Of a stretch of 64,000 nucleotides of DNA, positions 18,821 through 28,004 are shown one piece after another. The number at the start of each line of letters is the position of its first letter. Position 1 is the stretch's first letter. The notes under the pieces are model-generated. The model did no database searches and was not told the origin of the DNA. It worked only from the letters and a program-made list of their open reading frames with translations. The DNA lies in NCBI GenBank assembly GCA_035279905.1, contig DATEGZ010000257.1:30086-94085 (forward strand), in the 5' to 3' direction. The stretch is from Vicinamibacterales bacterium (GTDB lineage Bacteria > Acidobacteriota > Vicinamibacteria > Vicinamibacterales > SCN-69-37). The position numbers and the translations under genes were made by a program.

Positions 18821-20401
18821 CTATTTCTTGGCCGCCAGCCACGCCGCGATGGCGTGGATCTCCTCGGTTGTCAGACGGCCCGCGAAGGCCGGCATCTCGG
18901 CGTCGGGCTTCACGTCCACGGGATTGTTGATCCGCCGCTCGATCAACGCCAAGTCGTACTTGCTGCCGACGTTCGAGAGGTCGGGGCCTTCGGTGCCGCC
19001 GACGCCGTCGATCAGATGACATCCGAGGCACGTGCGATTGACGACGACGTTGAGGTGGGCCGCGGCGGCGTCGATCGTGGGCGGAGCTTCAGCGCGCAGC
19101 CTCGCCAGCGCGGCGACGATCGCGGCCGTATCGCGCTGATTCGTCTCGGGCGGCTCGCGCAAACCGGGCGCGATCACCTCGGGATCGACGACGTGCGCCG
19201 CGAGCCAGTCGGCCGGACGGCTGATGTGGCCGGCTTCAATCGGCGCGGCGAGGCCATCCGCCTTGTGGCATCGCGTGCAGCGATTCTCGGTGGCCATGAG
19301 CGACGCACCGGCCAGCTCGCGCACGTTCCACCCTGTGGTGCTCGCTCGTGGCTTGTCGCGCGCGCCGAGCAGCGTCAGCGTAGCGATCAAGGCCAGCCCG
19401 CCGCTGAACATGGACAGCAGCATGCGCCGGCCGCGCAACTCGCGGGACGAAGCGCGATCGAGCCACGGCAACAGCGCGAGGAGCGTCATCGCGACGCCCG
19501 GAATCACGATCGCGCCGACCACTTCCAGTCGCCCAGGAAAGTACTTCAGCAACTGGAAGAGCCCGAGGAAGTACCATTCCGGCCGCGGCACGTAGTCGCT
19601 CGCCGTCGGATCGGCGGGCGGCTCGAGCGCCGGGGCGCCCTTCCACGCGAGGACCGCGAGCAGCGTCCCGACGGCGATCGCCATCAACAGATCGCGTCCG
19701 GCCTGGGACGGAAAGAACGGGAACGGCTTGCCCGCGCGCTCGCGCACCGGACCGGAAATACCCTGCCGCCGCATCAGGAAGAGATGCAGGACGACCAGCG
19801 CGACCAACGCCGGCGGCAGCACGAGCACGTGAATCGCGTACCATCGCGTGAGCGTCAACGCGCCGATGTCCGGACCGCCTCGCAGCAGCGCGGCCACGGT
19901 CTCCCCTGCCAACGGCGTCAGCTTCGAGATGTTGATCGCCACCACCGTCGCCCAGTACGAGCGTTGATCCCATGGCAGCAGGTAACCCGTCAGCCCGAAC
20001 GCCAGAATCAGGTGAAGCAGGATGAGCCCGACAATCCAGTTGAGCTCGCGCGGCTTGCGATAGCTCCCGAAGAACACGACGCGCGCCAGATGCACCACGG
20101 CTGCGACGACCACCACGCTCGCGCCCCAATGATGCAACCCTCGCAGGAACGCCCCGCCAGGGATCATGGTCATGACGAAACGGACACTCTCCCACGCGTG
20201 GTCCGGCGTCGGCGCGTAGAACAACGCGAGCGCGATGCCCGTGACGATCTGCACGGTCAGCCCGAACAGCAGGACGCTCCCGAGCGTGAACCACCATCCG
20301 GTGCCCGGCGGAAGCGGCTCATCGAGCAGGTGATGACGCGCTGTGCGGAAGGCCGTACGGTCGTCGAGCCAGGCGAGGAGATCCCGGAGCCGCGCGTTCA
20401 C
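18821..20401 (-). CDS. cytochrome b (bc/b6f type) fused to a C-terminal dihaem c-type cytochrome
   Basis: GTG 20401 overlaps the Rieske stop (GTGA). Cytochrome b N-terminal motifs ([11 protein letters not shown]..., RGLHHWGAS). Two CxxCH sites (CTRCH, CLGCH) in the last ~150 aa. Confidence 0.8.
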   Translation of the reverse strand: MNARLRDLLAWLDDRTAFRTARHHLLDEPLPPGTGWWFTLGSVLLFGLTVQIVTGIALALFYAPTPDHAWESVRFVMTMIPGGAFLRGLHHWGASVVVVAAVVHLARVVFFGSYRKPRELNWIVGLILLHLILAFGLTGYLLPWDQRSYWATVVAINISKLTPLAGETVAALLRGGPDIGALTLTRWYAIHVLVLPPALVALVVLHLFLMRRQGISGPVRERAGKPFPFFPSQAGRDLLMAIAVGTLLAVLAWKGAPALEPPADPTASDYVPRPEWYFLGLFQLLKYFPGRLEVVGAIVIPGVAMTLLALLPWLDRASSRELRGRRMLLSMFSGGLALIATLTLLGARDKPRASTTGWNVRELAGASLMATENRCTRCHKADGLAAPIEAGHISRPADWLAAHVVDPEVIAPGLREPPETNQRDTAAIVAALARLRAEAPPTIDAAAAHLNVVVNRTCLGCHLIDGVGGTEGPDLSNVGSKYDLALIERRINNPVDVKPDAEMPAFAGRLTTEEIHAIAAWLAAKK

Positions 20402-20868
20402 AGCTCGACCTCGAGGTCGGACGTCTTCGGATTGACGCGGACGTTGAGCCGCTCGAGCGGCCGCGGCGGCGGGCCCGCGACCACGCGGCCTTCGCGATCG
20501 TAGACGCCGCCGTGGCACGGACACTTGAACTGCTGCGCGCCATCGTCCCAGTGGACGCGGCAGCCGAGGTGCTGGCAGACCGCCGACAGCGCGCGGTAGC
20601 CGTCGCCGTCACGGTCGATGAAGATCACCGACTGTTTGCGCGTTTCGTACCACCCGTCGGCGTGGCGCTCGGCGACCACCGCGCTCGTCGGCGCGTTCGG
20701 AACGAGATCGATAGTGGAAATCGCGCGGCGCCATCTTTTGGCCGGCCCCGACGCCCGCGGCGTGGCGACCAGGCCGACGAGACCGGCCAAGCCGGCCGTG
20801 ATGAACCCCACACCGGCGATCACGATGCGGGCGAGCGCCGAACGACGACTATCATCAGGCGTAGTCAC
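20398..20868 (-). CDS. Rieske [2Fe-2S] protein
   Basis: [10 protein letters not shown] ... CPCHGGVYD boxes and an N-terminal TM/Tat-like anchor. Confidence 0.88.
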   Translation of the reverse strand: MTTPDDSRRSALARIVIAGVGFITAGLAGLVGLVATPRASGPAKRWRRAISTIDLVPNAPTSAVVAERHADGWYETRKQSVIFIDRDGDGYRALSAVCQHLGCRVHWDDGAQQFKCPCHGGVYDREGRVVAGPPPRPLERLNVRVNPKTSDLEVEL

Positions 20869-20971
20869 GACAATCCTTTCGAAAAGCGAAACTGATCATA
20901 CTTTCAACGAAAGCCGGAAACCCGGCCGAGAGGCCGCACCACGGGACATCGCCCGTGGGTGGGCCGGGCGG

Positions 20972-20977
20972 TATACT
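20972..20977 (+). promoter_or_regulatory. candidate -10 hexamer TATACT for typA (leaderless geometry)
   Basis: An AT-rich hexamer in GC-rich DNA, exactly 6 nt upstream of ATG 20984. Confidence 0.4.
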
Positions 20978-20983
20978 GAGAGG

Positions 20984-22822
20984 ATGTCTGGATCCACGGC
21001 GGCCCCGCAGGAGATCGCCAATCCCAACCGCCGGAACGTCGCGATCATCGCCCACGTCGATCACGGCAAGACGACGCTCGTTGACGCACTGTTACACCAG
21101 AGTGGCATTTTCCGTGCCAACGAGCGGGTCGCCGAGCGCGTGATGGACTCCAACGAGCTCGAGCGGGAGCGCGGCATCACGATTCTGGCGAAGAACACCG
21201 CCGTTCACTACGGCGACGTCCTGATCAACATCGTCGACACCCCCGGGCACGCGGACTTCGGCGGCGAGGTCGAGCGCACGCTGTCGATGGTCGACGGGGT
21301 GATGCTGCTGGTCGACGCCTCGGAGGGCCCGCTGCCCGGCACGCGCTTCGTGCTGCGCAAGGCGCTCGAGAGCCGGCTCGTGCCGATGGTCGTGATCAAC
21401 AAGATCGACCGTGGCGACGCGCGCTCGCAGGCCGTGCTGAACGAGGTGTACGACCTGTTCATCGACCTCGACGCGACGGAAGATCAGCTCGACTTCCCCG
21501 TCCTCTACACGAACGCGCGCAACGGCACGGCGACGACGGATCTGGCGAAGCCGGGTGAGGACCTGCGGCCGCTGTTCCGCGCCATGATCGACCGCATGCC
21601 GCCGCCCCGCGGGTCGCAGGCGGCGCCGCTGCAGGCGCTCGTCGCCAATCTCGACTCGAGCGACTATCTCGGCCGGCTCGCGATCGCGCGCGTCTTCAAC
21701 GGCCGCGTGAAGCTGAACGACCCGATCGCCGTGTGCAAGCTCGACGGTTCGATCGCGCGCACGACGGTGACGAAGCTCTACACGTTCGACGGCCTGAAGC
21801 GCGTGGACGCCACCGAAGTCGGCGCGGGCGACATCATCTGCCTGGCGGGCATCGAGAACATCATGATCGGCGAGACGATCGCCGACGCGGAGTCGCCGAC
21901 GCCGCTCTCGACGGTGGCCATCGACGAGCCGACGGTGTCCACGATCTTCGGCGTCAACACGTCGCCGTTCGCCGGTCGTGACGGCCAGTTCGTCACGTCA
22001 CGCCAGATCAAGGACCGGCTCGACAAGGAACTGCTTGGCAACGTCTCGATTCGCGTCGAGCCGACCGAGTCGCCGGAGCAGATGAAAGTGATCGGACGCG
22101 GGGAGCTGCAGCTCTCGATCCTCATCGAGATGATGCGCCGCGAGGGCTACGAGCTTCAGGTCTCGCGCCCCGAGATCGTCATCAAGGAAGTCGACGGCGC
22201 GAAGATGGAACCCGTCGAAGATCTCGTCGTCGACGTCGCCGAGGAGTTTCAGGGCATGGTCATCGCGCAATGCGGCATCCGCCGCGGCGCGATGTCGAAG
22301 ATGATCAACCACGGCAGCGGCCGTGTCCGTCTCGAGTTCCGGATCCCGTCACGCGGTCTCATCGGGTTCCGATCGCAGTTCCTGACGGAAACCCGAGGCA
22401 CTGGCCTGATGCACCATGTGTTCGCCGGCTGGGAGCCGTGGCACGGCCCGATTCCCGCTCGGCCAAGTGGCGCCCTGGTCGCCGATCGACCGGGGCCGGC
22501 AACCGCCTACGCGATCGCCAACCTCCAGGAGCGCGGCGAGATGTTCATCGAGCCCGGGATGCCGGTGTACGAGGGCATGATCGTCGGTGAGAACGCGCGG
22601 CCGAACGACCTCGACGTGAACATCACGAAAGAAAAGAAGCAGACGAACATGCGCGCGTCGACCGCCGACGAAGCGATCCGGCTGATTCCGCCACGCCTGC
22701 TCAGCCTCGAGCAGGCGATCGAGTTCATCAACGACGACGAGCTCGTCGAAGTCACGCCGAAGAGCCTGCGCGTGCGCAAGCGCGTGCTGGCGGCGAACAT
22801 GCGACCGCGACGCCCGGAATAG
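20984..22822 (+). CDS. typA: translational GTPase TypA/BipA
   Basis: Start ATG 20984 within ORF 20618..22822. [39 protein letters not shown]. Confidence 0.95.
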   Translation: MSGSTAAPQEIANPNRRNVAIIAHVDHGKTTLVDALLHQSGIFRANERVAERVMDSNELERERGITILAKNTAVHYGDVLINIVDTPGHADFGGEVERTLSMVDGVMLLVDASEGPLPGTRFVLRKALESRLVPMVVINKIDRGDARSQAVLNEVYDLFIDLDATEDQLDFPVLYTNARNGTATTDLAKPGEDLRPLFRAMIDRMPPPRGSQAAPLQALVANLDSSDYLGRLAIARVFNGRVKLNDPIAVCKLDGSIARTTVTKLYTFDGLKRVDATEVGAGDIICLAGIENIMIGETIADAESPTPLSTVAIDEPTVSTIFGVNTSPFAGRDGQFVTSRQIKDRLDKELLGNVSIRVEPTESPEQMKVIGRGELQLSILIEMMRREGYELQVSRPEIVIKEVDGAKMEPVEDLVVDVAEEFQGMVIAQCGIRRGAMSKMINHGSGRVRLEFRIPSRGLIGFRSQFLTETRGTGLMHHVFAGWEPWHGPIPARPSGALVADRPGPATAYAIANLQERGEMFIEPGMPVYEGMIVGENARPNDLDVNITKEKKQTNMRASTADEAIRLIPPRLLSLEQAIEFINDDELVEVTPKSLRVRKRVLAANMRPRRPE

Positions 22823-22827
22823 TCGCA

Positions 22828-22863
22828 GGAACCCGCGGGAACCCCCAGGAACCACGAGGAACC
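22828..22863 (+). promoter_or_regulatory. four phased GGAACC direct repeats (exact 10-bp period) upstream of the GT87 operon
   Basis: GGAACC starts at 22828, 22838, 22848 and 22858. The array ends 5 nt before a TATACT hexamer. Confidence 0.5.
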
Positions 22864-22868
22864 CCCGG

Positions 22869-22874
22869 TATACT
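22869..22874 (+). promoter_or_regulatory. candidate -10 hexamer TATACT for the GT87 operon
   Basis: Lies 8 nt upstream of GTG 22883. The same GGTATACT context occurs at typA. Confidence 0.4.
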
Positions 22875-22882
22875 CCCCGAAC

Positions 22883-24025
22883 GTGAGTCCACGGCTTCGC
22901 GCTTTTATCTGGCCGCTCCTGCTCACGGTCCTGGGTGCGACCATCTACGGGGTCGTGCGCTTCCCGCGCGGCCGGCAGTTCGTCGATTTCGAGGTGTACA
23001 GCCGCGCCGGCGGCCGCCTGTGGGCCGGCGAACCGCTGTACCGCGCCGACGACGGCCACTTCCAGTTCAAGTACCTGCCGGCGTTCGCCTTCGCCACGGT
23101 ACCGTTCGCGAAGGTCGCTCAAGACACCGCGAAGGCCGCGTGGTTCACGCTCACGTTCGGCCTCATGGTCGCGTTCGTCCGTCGATCGGTCCGCGCGCTG
23201 CCCGATCGACGGATGCGCGAACGATCGCTCGCGTGGCTCACGTGGTTGTTTCTCGGCCGCTTCTTCGTCGCGGAGCTGAGCCTCGGCCAGGCGAATGTAC
23301 TGTTCGGCTTGCTGCTGATCCTCGCGTTGAGTGACGTGCAGGCACGCCGCATGGGCCGCGCCGGTGCGCTCGTCGCCCTCGCGACGTTCATCAAGCCGTA
23401 CGGCATCTTGTTGTTGCCGTGGCTCGCGGTCGTCGGCGGGCTCACGGCAGTCGTGACGTCATCAGTCGTCGTGCTGATCGGCCTCGCGCTGCCCGCGACC
23501 GTGTACGGCTGGCAAGGCAACCTCGGTTTGCTCGCCGATTGGTACCGCACCGTGACGGACACGACGCCCGAGAACCTGATGTTCGGCCAGAACATTTCGA
23601 TGCCGGCGATGTGGGTGAAGTGGCTGGGACTCGGCCGGCCCGCGATTGCGCTCGGCGCCGCGACGGGCGCCGCGCTCCTCGGCGTGGCCGTGTGGGTGTG
23701 GGCGAGGCGCAAGCGCGTGGCCGCGCCCGAGTATCTCGAGTTCGCGCTCCTCTTGCTGCTCATCCCGCTGTTGTCACCGCAAGGCTGGGACTACATGTTG
23801 CTGCTCGGCGTGCCCGCCGTCGCGTGCCTGGTGGACCGTTTTCGCGCGCTCTCGCCGCCCTGGCAGATCGTCCTTGGTGTAGCGCTGCTCGTCGTGGGCT
23901 TCACGATCTTCGATCTCGTGGGCCGGACCATGAACGACCTCGTCGCCTGGACGGGGCTCATCAGCGTCGGAGCAGTCGTCTTCGTCGCGGCCCTCGCGCA
24001 CCTTCGCGCGCGCGCGCTGGCATGA
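22883..24025 (+). CDS. GT87/DUF2029-family GT-C glycosyltransferase (PimE-like), paralog 1
   Basis: 380 aa and polytopic. First loop DFEVYSRAGGRLWAGEPLYRADDGHFQFKYLPAFAF matches the DxxVY...LY...FxYxP pattern of GT87 enzymes. Colinear with the two paralogs downstream. Confidence 0.75.
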   Translation: MSPRLRAFIWPLLLTVLGATIYGVVRFPRGRQFVDFEVYSRAGGRLWAGEPLYRADDGHFQFKYLPAFAFATVPFAKVAQDTAKAAWFTLTFGLMVAFVRRSVRALPDRRMRERSLAWLTWLFLGRFFVAELSLGQANVLFGLLLILALSDVQARRMGRAGALVALATFIKPYGILLLPWLAVVGGLTAVVTSSVVVLIGLALPATVYGWQGNLGLLADWYRTVTDTTPENLMFGQNISMPAMWVKWLGLGRPAIALGAATGAALLGVAVWVWARRKRVAAPEYLEFALLLLLIPLLSPQGWDYMLLLGVPAVACLVDRFRALSPPWQIVLGVALLVVGFTIFDLVGRTMNDLVAWTGLISVGAVVFVAALAHLRARALA

Positions 24026-25155
24026 CGCGACGACAGGCGGCCATCTGGCTCGTCGCGCTGGCGGCGCTTGCCGCGGCGATGTACCTGGTCATCCGGCAGA
24101 CCCGCGATCTCACGGACTTCGAGGTCTATCGCACGGCCGGCACGCGCCTGCTCCACGCCGAGCCGCTCTACCGCGCCGAGGACGGCCACTTCGTCTTCAA
24201 GTACCTGCCCGCGTTTGCGTTCGGCCTCGTGCCGTTTGCGCTGCTGGGATCGGAGGCGGCGAAGGCGGCGTGGTTTGCGCTGACGTTCGCCTTGCTCGTC
24301 GCGTTCATCGCGGGATCGGTCCGCGCGCTGCCCAATCGCCGGCGCCCGCTCGGTCCGCTCGTCGCGCTGACGCTCATCGTCATCGCCAGGCTCGCGATCC
24401 GGGAGTTGTCGCTCGGTCAGATCGACGTGCTGCTCGGCGCGCTGCTCGTCGCCGCCTTCAGCGCGACGACACGCGGTGCGCGCGGCGTGGCCGGCACGCT
24501 GGTGGGGCTTGCGACGTTCGCCAAGCCGTACGCGATTCTGCTGGCGCCGTGGCTGGCGGCAACCGTCGGCGCCGGCGCCCTGGTGGCCGCGGTCGCGGCG
24601 ATCGTCGCCGGACTCGCGCTGCCGGCCATCGTATACGGGTGGACCGGCAACCTCGATCTGCTCGCCGCCTGGTTCCGCACGGTGACCGAGACCACGGCGC
24701 CCAACATGCTGCTCCCCGAGAACGTCTCGATCGTGTCGGCGTGGGCCAGGTGGATTGGCGCGGGCCCGCTGGCGGCGGGGCTGGCGGCCGCGACCGTGAT
24801 CGGCCTCATCGCCCTGGCGGCGTTCGTGCTCACCCGGCGCGAGCCGGTGGCCTCGCCGGCGTATCTGGAATTTGCGCTGCTGTTGCTCCTGATTCCGCTG
24901 CTCACGCCGCAAGGCTGGGACTACATGCTCCTGCTCGGCACGCCGGCCATCCTGTGCCTGCTCGACCGCTGGCGGGACCTCGGTCGCTATTGGCAACTTG
25001 TCGTCGCGGCGGCGCTGGCACTCATCGCGCTGCCCATGCGCGAGGTGCTGGGCCTCGCCATCACCCGCCAGGTCATGGGATCGGGGATTCTGACGGTCAC
25101 CGCACTCGTCCTCGTCGCGGCGCTGGTCCAGTTGCGGCTCCAGCGCGCGGCATGA
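24022..25155 (+). CDS. GT87/DUF2029-family GT-C glycosyltransferase, paralog 2
   Basis: ATG 24022 overlaps the upstream stop (ATGA). DFEVYRTAGTRLLHAEPLYRAEDGHFVFKYLPAFAF. Shares KPY..LL.PWLA and LLSPQGWDYMLLL blocks with paralogs 1 and 3. Confidence 0.75.
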   Translation: MTRRQAAIWLVALAALAAAMYLVIRQTRDLTDFEVYRTAGTRLLHAEPLYRAEDGHFVFKYLPAFAFGLVPFALLGSEAAKAAWFALTFALLVAFIAGSVRALPNRRRPLGPLVALTLIVIARLAIRELSLGQIDVLLGALLVAAFSATTRGARGVAGTLVGLATFAKPYAILLAPWLAATVGAGALVAAVAAIVAGLALPAIVYGWTGNLDLLAAWFRTVTETTAPNMLLPENVSIVSAWARWIGAGPLAAGLAAATVIGLIALAAFVLTRREPVASPAYLEFALLLLLIPLLTPQGWDYMLLLGTPAILCLLDRWRDLGRYWQLVVAAALALIALPMREVLGLAITRQVMGSGILTVTALVLVAALVQLRLQRAA

Positions 25156-25195
25156 CGAGCCGCGACAGTTTTATACTGTGGCGGGAGTTTCCTCT

Positions 25196-26095
25196 ATGCT
25201 GACCACACTTCACCGCTCGTCGGGCGCGTGCTGTCTGGCGTTGGTGGCAGCGGCGCTCGTCGTTCATCCTTCGCCAGCACTCCATGCGCAATCCAACAAG
25301 ACCCGAATCTTCGTGTCGGTGACCGACGCGAAGGGCAAGCCCGTCAAAGGACTCACGAAGGACGACTTCATCGTCAAGCTCGACGGCGGCGATCAGGAAG
25401 TGCTCAGCGTGCAACCCGCCACCGAACCGGCGTCGATCGTGATCATGACGGACCGGCTGGGCCTCGTGCCGACGTATCCGGCCTACGAGGCGCACGCCGC
25501 GCTCGGAAATTTCGTCAAAGCCATCCGCGCGGGCATCCCCGACAGCAAGATGGCGTTGATGACGTTCGACGGCACCGTGATCACGCTCAACTCGTTTTCG
25601 AGCGGGCCCGCGGAGCTCGACAAGAACCTCGGCAAGTTGACGAGCATCGCGCAGGACGCGGTGGTGCTCGATGGGCTGTTCGAGGCCGCGAAAGTCCTGC
25701 GCACGGCGCCGACGCCCAGAAAAGTGATCTTCGCTGTCGTCGCCGGCTATCGTCCGGACCAAAGCAACGTTCGCACCGACACCCTGGGCGAAGTGCTCCG
25801 GCTCTCGGGCGCGCAGGTCTGGGTGATCGAAGTCCGATCCTCACAGGGCGGCAACTGGGCGAACGACGCGCGCGAAACGGTCCTCGATCGGACCAGCAAG
25901 CTCAGCGGCGGCTGGATCGACATCGTCGCCTCGCCGAACGGCCTCGAAACGATGTGCCGTCAGATGGCGGAGCAGCTCGCGGGACAGTACGACCTCACGT
26001 ACGGCCCGGGCGGCGGCGTGTCGGCGAGCCAGCTCACAGTGAACGTCAAGCAGGCCGGGCTGAAGGTCCTCGCGCCAATCTGGACCGATCGGTGA
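25196..26095 (+). CDS. VWFA-related acidobacterial-domain protein (TIGR03436-like), short exported form without MIDAS
   Basis: Signal peptide MLTTLHRSSGACCLALVAAALVVHPSPALHAQ. N-terminal module RIFVSVTDAKGKPVKGLTKDDFIVKLDGGDQEV. The DxSxS position reads MTDRLG. GTG 25178 is unlikely because it abuts TATACT 25172-25177. Confidence 0.7.
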   Translation: MLTTLHRSSGACCLALVAAALVVHPSPALHAQSNKTRIFVSVTDAKGKPVKGLTKDDFIVKLDGGDQEVLSVQPATEPASIVIMTDRLGLVPTYPAYEAHAALGNFVKAIRAGIPDSKMALMTFDGTVITLNSFSSGPAELDKNLGKLTSIAQDAVVLDGLFEAAKVLRTAPTPRKVIFAVVAGYRPDQSNVRTDTLGEVLRLSGAQVWVIEVRSSQGGNWANDARETVLDRTSKLSGGWIDIVASPNGLETMCRQMAEQLAGQYDLTYGPGGGVSASQLTVNVKQAGLKVLAPIWTDR

Positions 26096-27216
26096 ACGTT
26101 CGACCGTTCCTCTGGCCCGCGCTGCTCATCGTCGTCGCCGCGGCGATTTACCTCCGCGTCCAGCGCGAGATGCCGGACTTCGGCGTCTACCGCACGGCGG
26201 CGACGCGCGCGCTGCAGGCCGAGCCGCTCTATCGCGCTGAGGACGGTCACTATCAGTTCAAGTACCTGCCCGCGTTCGCGCTGGCCATGGCGCCGTTTGC
26301 GCTGGTCGATCCCGACGCCGCCAAGACGATCTGGTTCGCGCTGTCAGTGGGACTGCTGACGGCGTACCTGCGGTGGTCCGTGCGCGCGTTGCCCGAGCGG
26401 CGGCGGCCGGATCGCGTCCTGCTCCTGCTCACGGTCGCGCTCATGGCGAAGTTCTACCTGCACGAGCTCACGCTGGGCCAGACGAACATCCTGCTCGGCA
26501 CGCTGCTCGTCGCGGCGCTGCTCGCGGTGCAAATCGATCATCCGCTCGTCGCCGCGGGGCTGATCGGCGTCGCCGCGTTCGTCAAGCCGTACGCGCTCGT
26601 CCTGATGCCGTGGCTCGCGTTCAGCTACGGCCTCGCGACGATCGGCGTCGCGCTCGCCGTGCTCGGTGCCGGCCTCGCGCTGCCGGCCCTGGTCTACGGC
26701 TGGAGCGGCAATCTCCAGCTGCTGATCGGGTGGTATCAGACGGTCACGACGTCGACCGGCCCCAATCTGCTCGGCGCGGACAACATCTCGCTGGCCGCGA
26801 TGTGGGCGAAGTGGCTCGGGCCGGGCAGCGCGGCCGGCGCGCTCGCGACGGCGTCGAGCGTCGGGCTGCTTGGGGTCGTCGCGGCCGTGTGGCTCAAGCG
26901 CACGTCAGTGAACATCCCGGACTACCTCGAGTTTGCGCTGCTGATGCTCGCGGTCCCGTTGCTGTCGCCGCAGGGCTGGGACTACGTGCTGCTGCTCGCG
27001 ACGCCGGCGGTCGTGTGCCTGATGGATCGCTGGCCGGAAGTCACGAGCGGCTGGCGCCTGTTCACGGGCGCCGCGCTCGCACTGATGGGGCTCACGATCT
27101 TCGATCTCATGGGGCGTGAGCTGTACGGCCGCTTCATGGCGCGATCGATCGTCAGCGTCGCCGCGCTCGCGGCGGTCGCCGCGCTCGCGCACTTGCGGTG
27201 GAGAGCCCTCGCGTAA
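26092..27216 (+). CDS. GT87/DUF2029-family GT-C glycosyltransferase, paralog 3
   Basis: GTG 26092 overlaps the upstream stop (GTGA). DFGVYRTAATRALQAEPLYRAEDGHYQFKYLPAFAL. Colinear with paralogs 1 and 2. Confidence 0.75.
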   Translation: MNVRPFLWPALLIVVAAAIYLRVQREMPDFGVYRTAATRALQAEPLYRAEDGHYQFKYLPAFALAMAPFALVDPDAAKTIWFALSVGLLTAYLRWSVRALPERRRPDRVLLLLTVALMAKFYLHELTLGQTNILLGTLLVAALLAVQIDHPLVAAGLIGVAAFVKPYALVLMPWLAFSYGLATIGVALAVLGAGLALPALVYGWSGNLQLLIGWYQTVTTSTGPNLLGADNISLAAMWAKWLGPGSAAGALATASSVGLLGVVAAVWLKRTSVNIPDYLEFALLMLAVPLLSPQGWDYVLLLATPAVVCLMDRWPEVTSGWRLFTGAALALMGLTIFDLMGRELYGRFMARSIVSVAALAAVAALAHLRWRALA

Positions 27217-27246
27217 AAACCACGCCATCGAGAAAGAGAGGGTGTT

Positions 27247-28002
27247 GTGTCTGACAACCTCGTCGAACTTCAACAGCGAGTCCAACGCCTGGAAACACGT
27301 CTCACCGCAGCGACCCTGGAGGTGGAGCGGCTGCGCAGGATGAAACGACGATCCGCCGGACCGTCGCTCCTCGTCGCGCTCGGCCTGGTGGGCTGCGCCT
27401 GCTGGTCGCTTGCCGCGCAAGCCCCCGCGCCAGGTTGCTCGCGGGCCAAGGCGCCGTTCAAAGTGGTCGATGCGGCCGGGAACGCGATCTTCGAGGTCGG
27501 CACCACCGCCGTCACCGATGACAAAGGCAAACCGGCGGGATCCACCAGGTTTTTCAGATTGGACAACGCCGAAGGCAAACCTGTGGCGTTCGCGTCAGCC
27601 ACGCCGGATGGCAAGGCGTTCCTCAAGGCAATGACGCCCGACGAGAAGACTCAGGTCGTGATGGGCGTCACGGGCGCAAAGGACGCGTTGGTCGACCTTC
27701 GGTACGACGGCCCGTCGAAAGACCGGGCGTCGCTCTCGGTGATCCGGGGCCAGCCCGCTCTCTACATGTACAACGACGACTTCAAGAACATCGTCGAGCT
27801 CAGTCAGGCATCGAGCGGCGGCGGCCACCTGCTCATCAACAACGCCAAAGGTGAACCGATGGTCGAAGCCGGCGTCACACCAACAGGCGTCGGGTTCGTG
27901 CAGGCGCTTCCGAAGGGGAACCCGGGCGTCACGATGCTCGGGCTCCCGGGCACGTTCATCGTGGGCCGAGGCGCAGCGGGTGGCGGTGGCGGAGGCCGAT
28001 AG
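27247..28002 (+). CDS. hypothetical membrane-anchored protein: N-terminal coiled-coil helix, one TM helix, periplasmic beta-rich domain, Gly-rich tail
   Basis: GTG start preceded by GAGAGGG. LVELQQRVQRLETRL helix and TM segment PSLLVALGLVGCACWSLAA. Paralogous to the next gene (FKVVDAAGNAIFEV vs FQVVDDADRVVFEV; NNAKGEPMVEAGV vs GDAKGNPMVQAFV). Confidence 0.65.
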   Translation: MSDNLVELQQRVQRLETRLTAATLEVERLRRMKRRSAGPSLLVALGLVGCACWSLAAQAPAPGCSRAKAPFKVVDAAGNAIFEVGTTAVTDDKGKPAGSTRFFRLDNAEGKPVAFASATPDGKAFLKAMTPDEKTQVVMGVTGAKDALVDLRYDGPSKDRASLSVIRGQPALYMYNDDFKNIVELSQASSGGGHLLINNAKGEPMVEAGVTPTGVGFVQALPKGNPGVTMLGLPGTFIVGRGAAGGGGGGR

Positions 28003-28004
28003 CC

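Noticed and set aside
20915-20960. Inverted repeat CCACGGG-N6-CCCGTGG in the Rieske/typA divergent region, considered as an operator or attenuator.
   Set aside because: It is only a 7-bp GC stem in GC-rich DNA with no second copy in the window. This is not distinguishable from chance without comparative data.
22858-22885. GGAACC boxes read as an ECF sigma factor -35 (GGAAC) paired with the downstream CGT.
   Set aside because: The spacer from AAC to CGT is about 19 nt rather than 16-17. The implied transcription start would also fall inside the coding region. A TATACT -10 with phased activator sites fits better.
25178-25195. GTG 25178 as the start of the short VWA-like gene (the track start).
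   Set aside because: It directly abuts the TATACT hexamer (25172-25177), so it would lie upstream of any transcript from that promoter. ATG 25196 gives a normal signal peptide.
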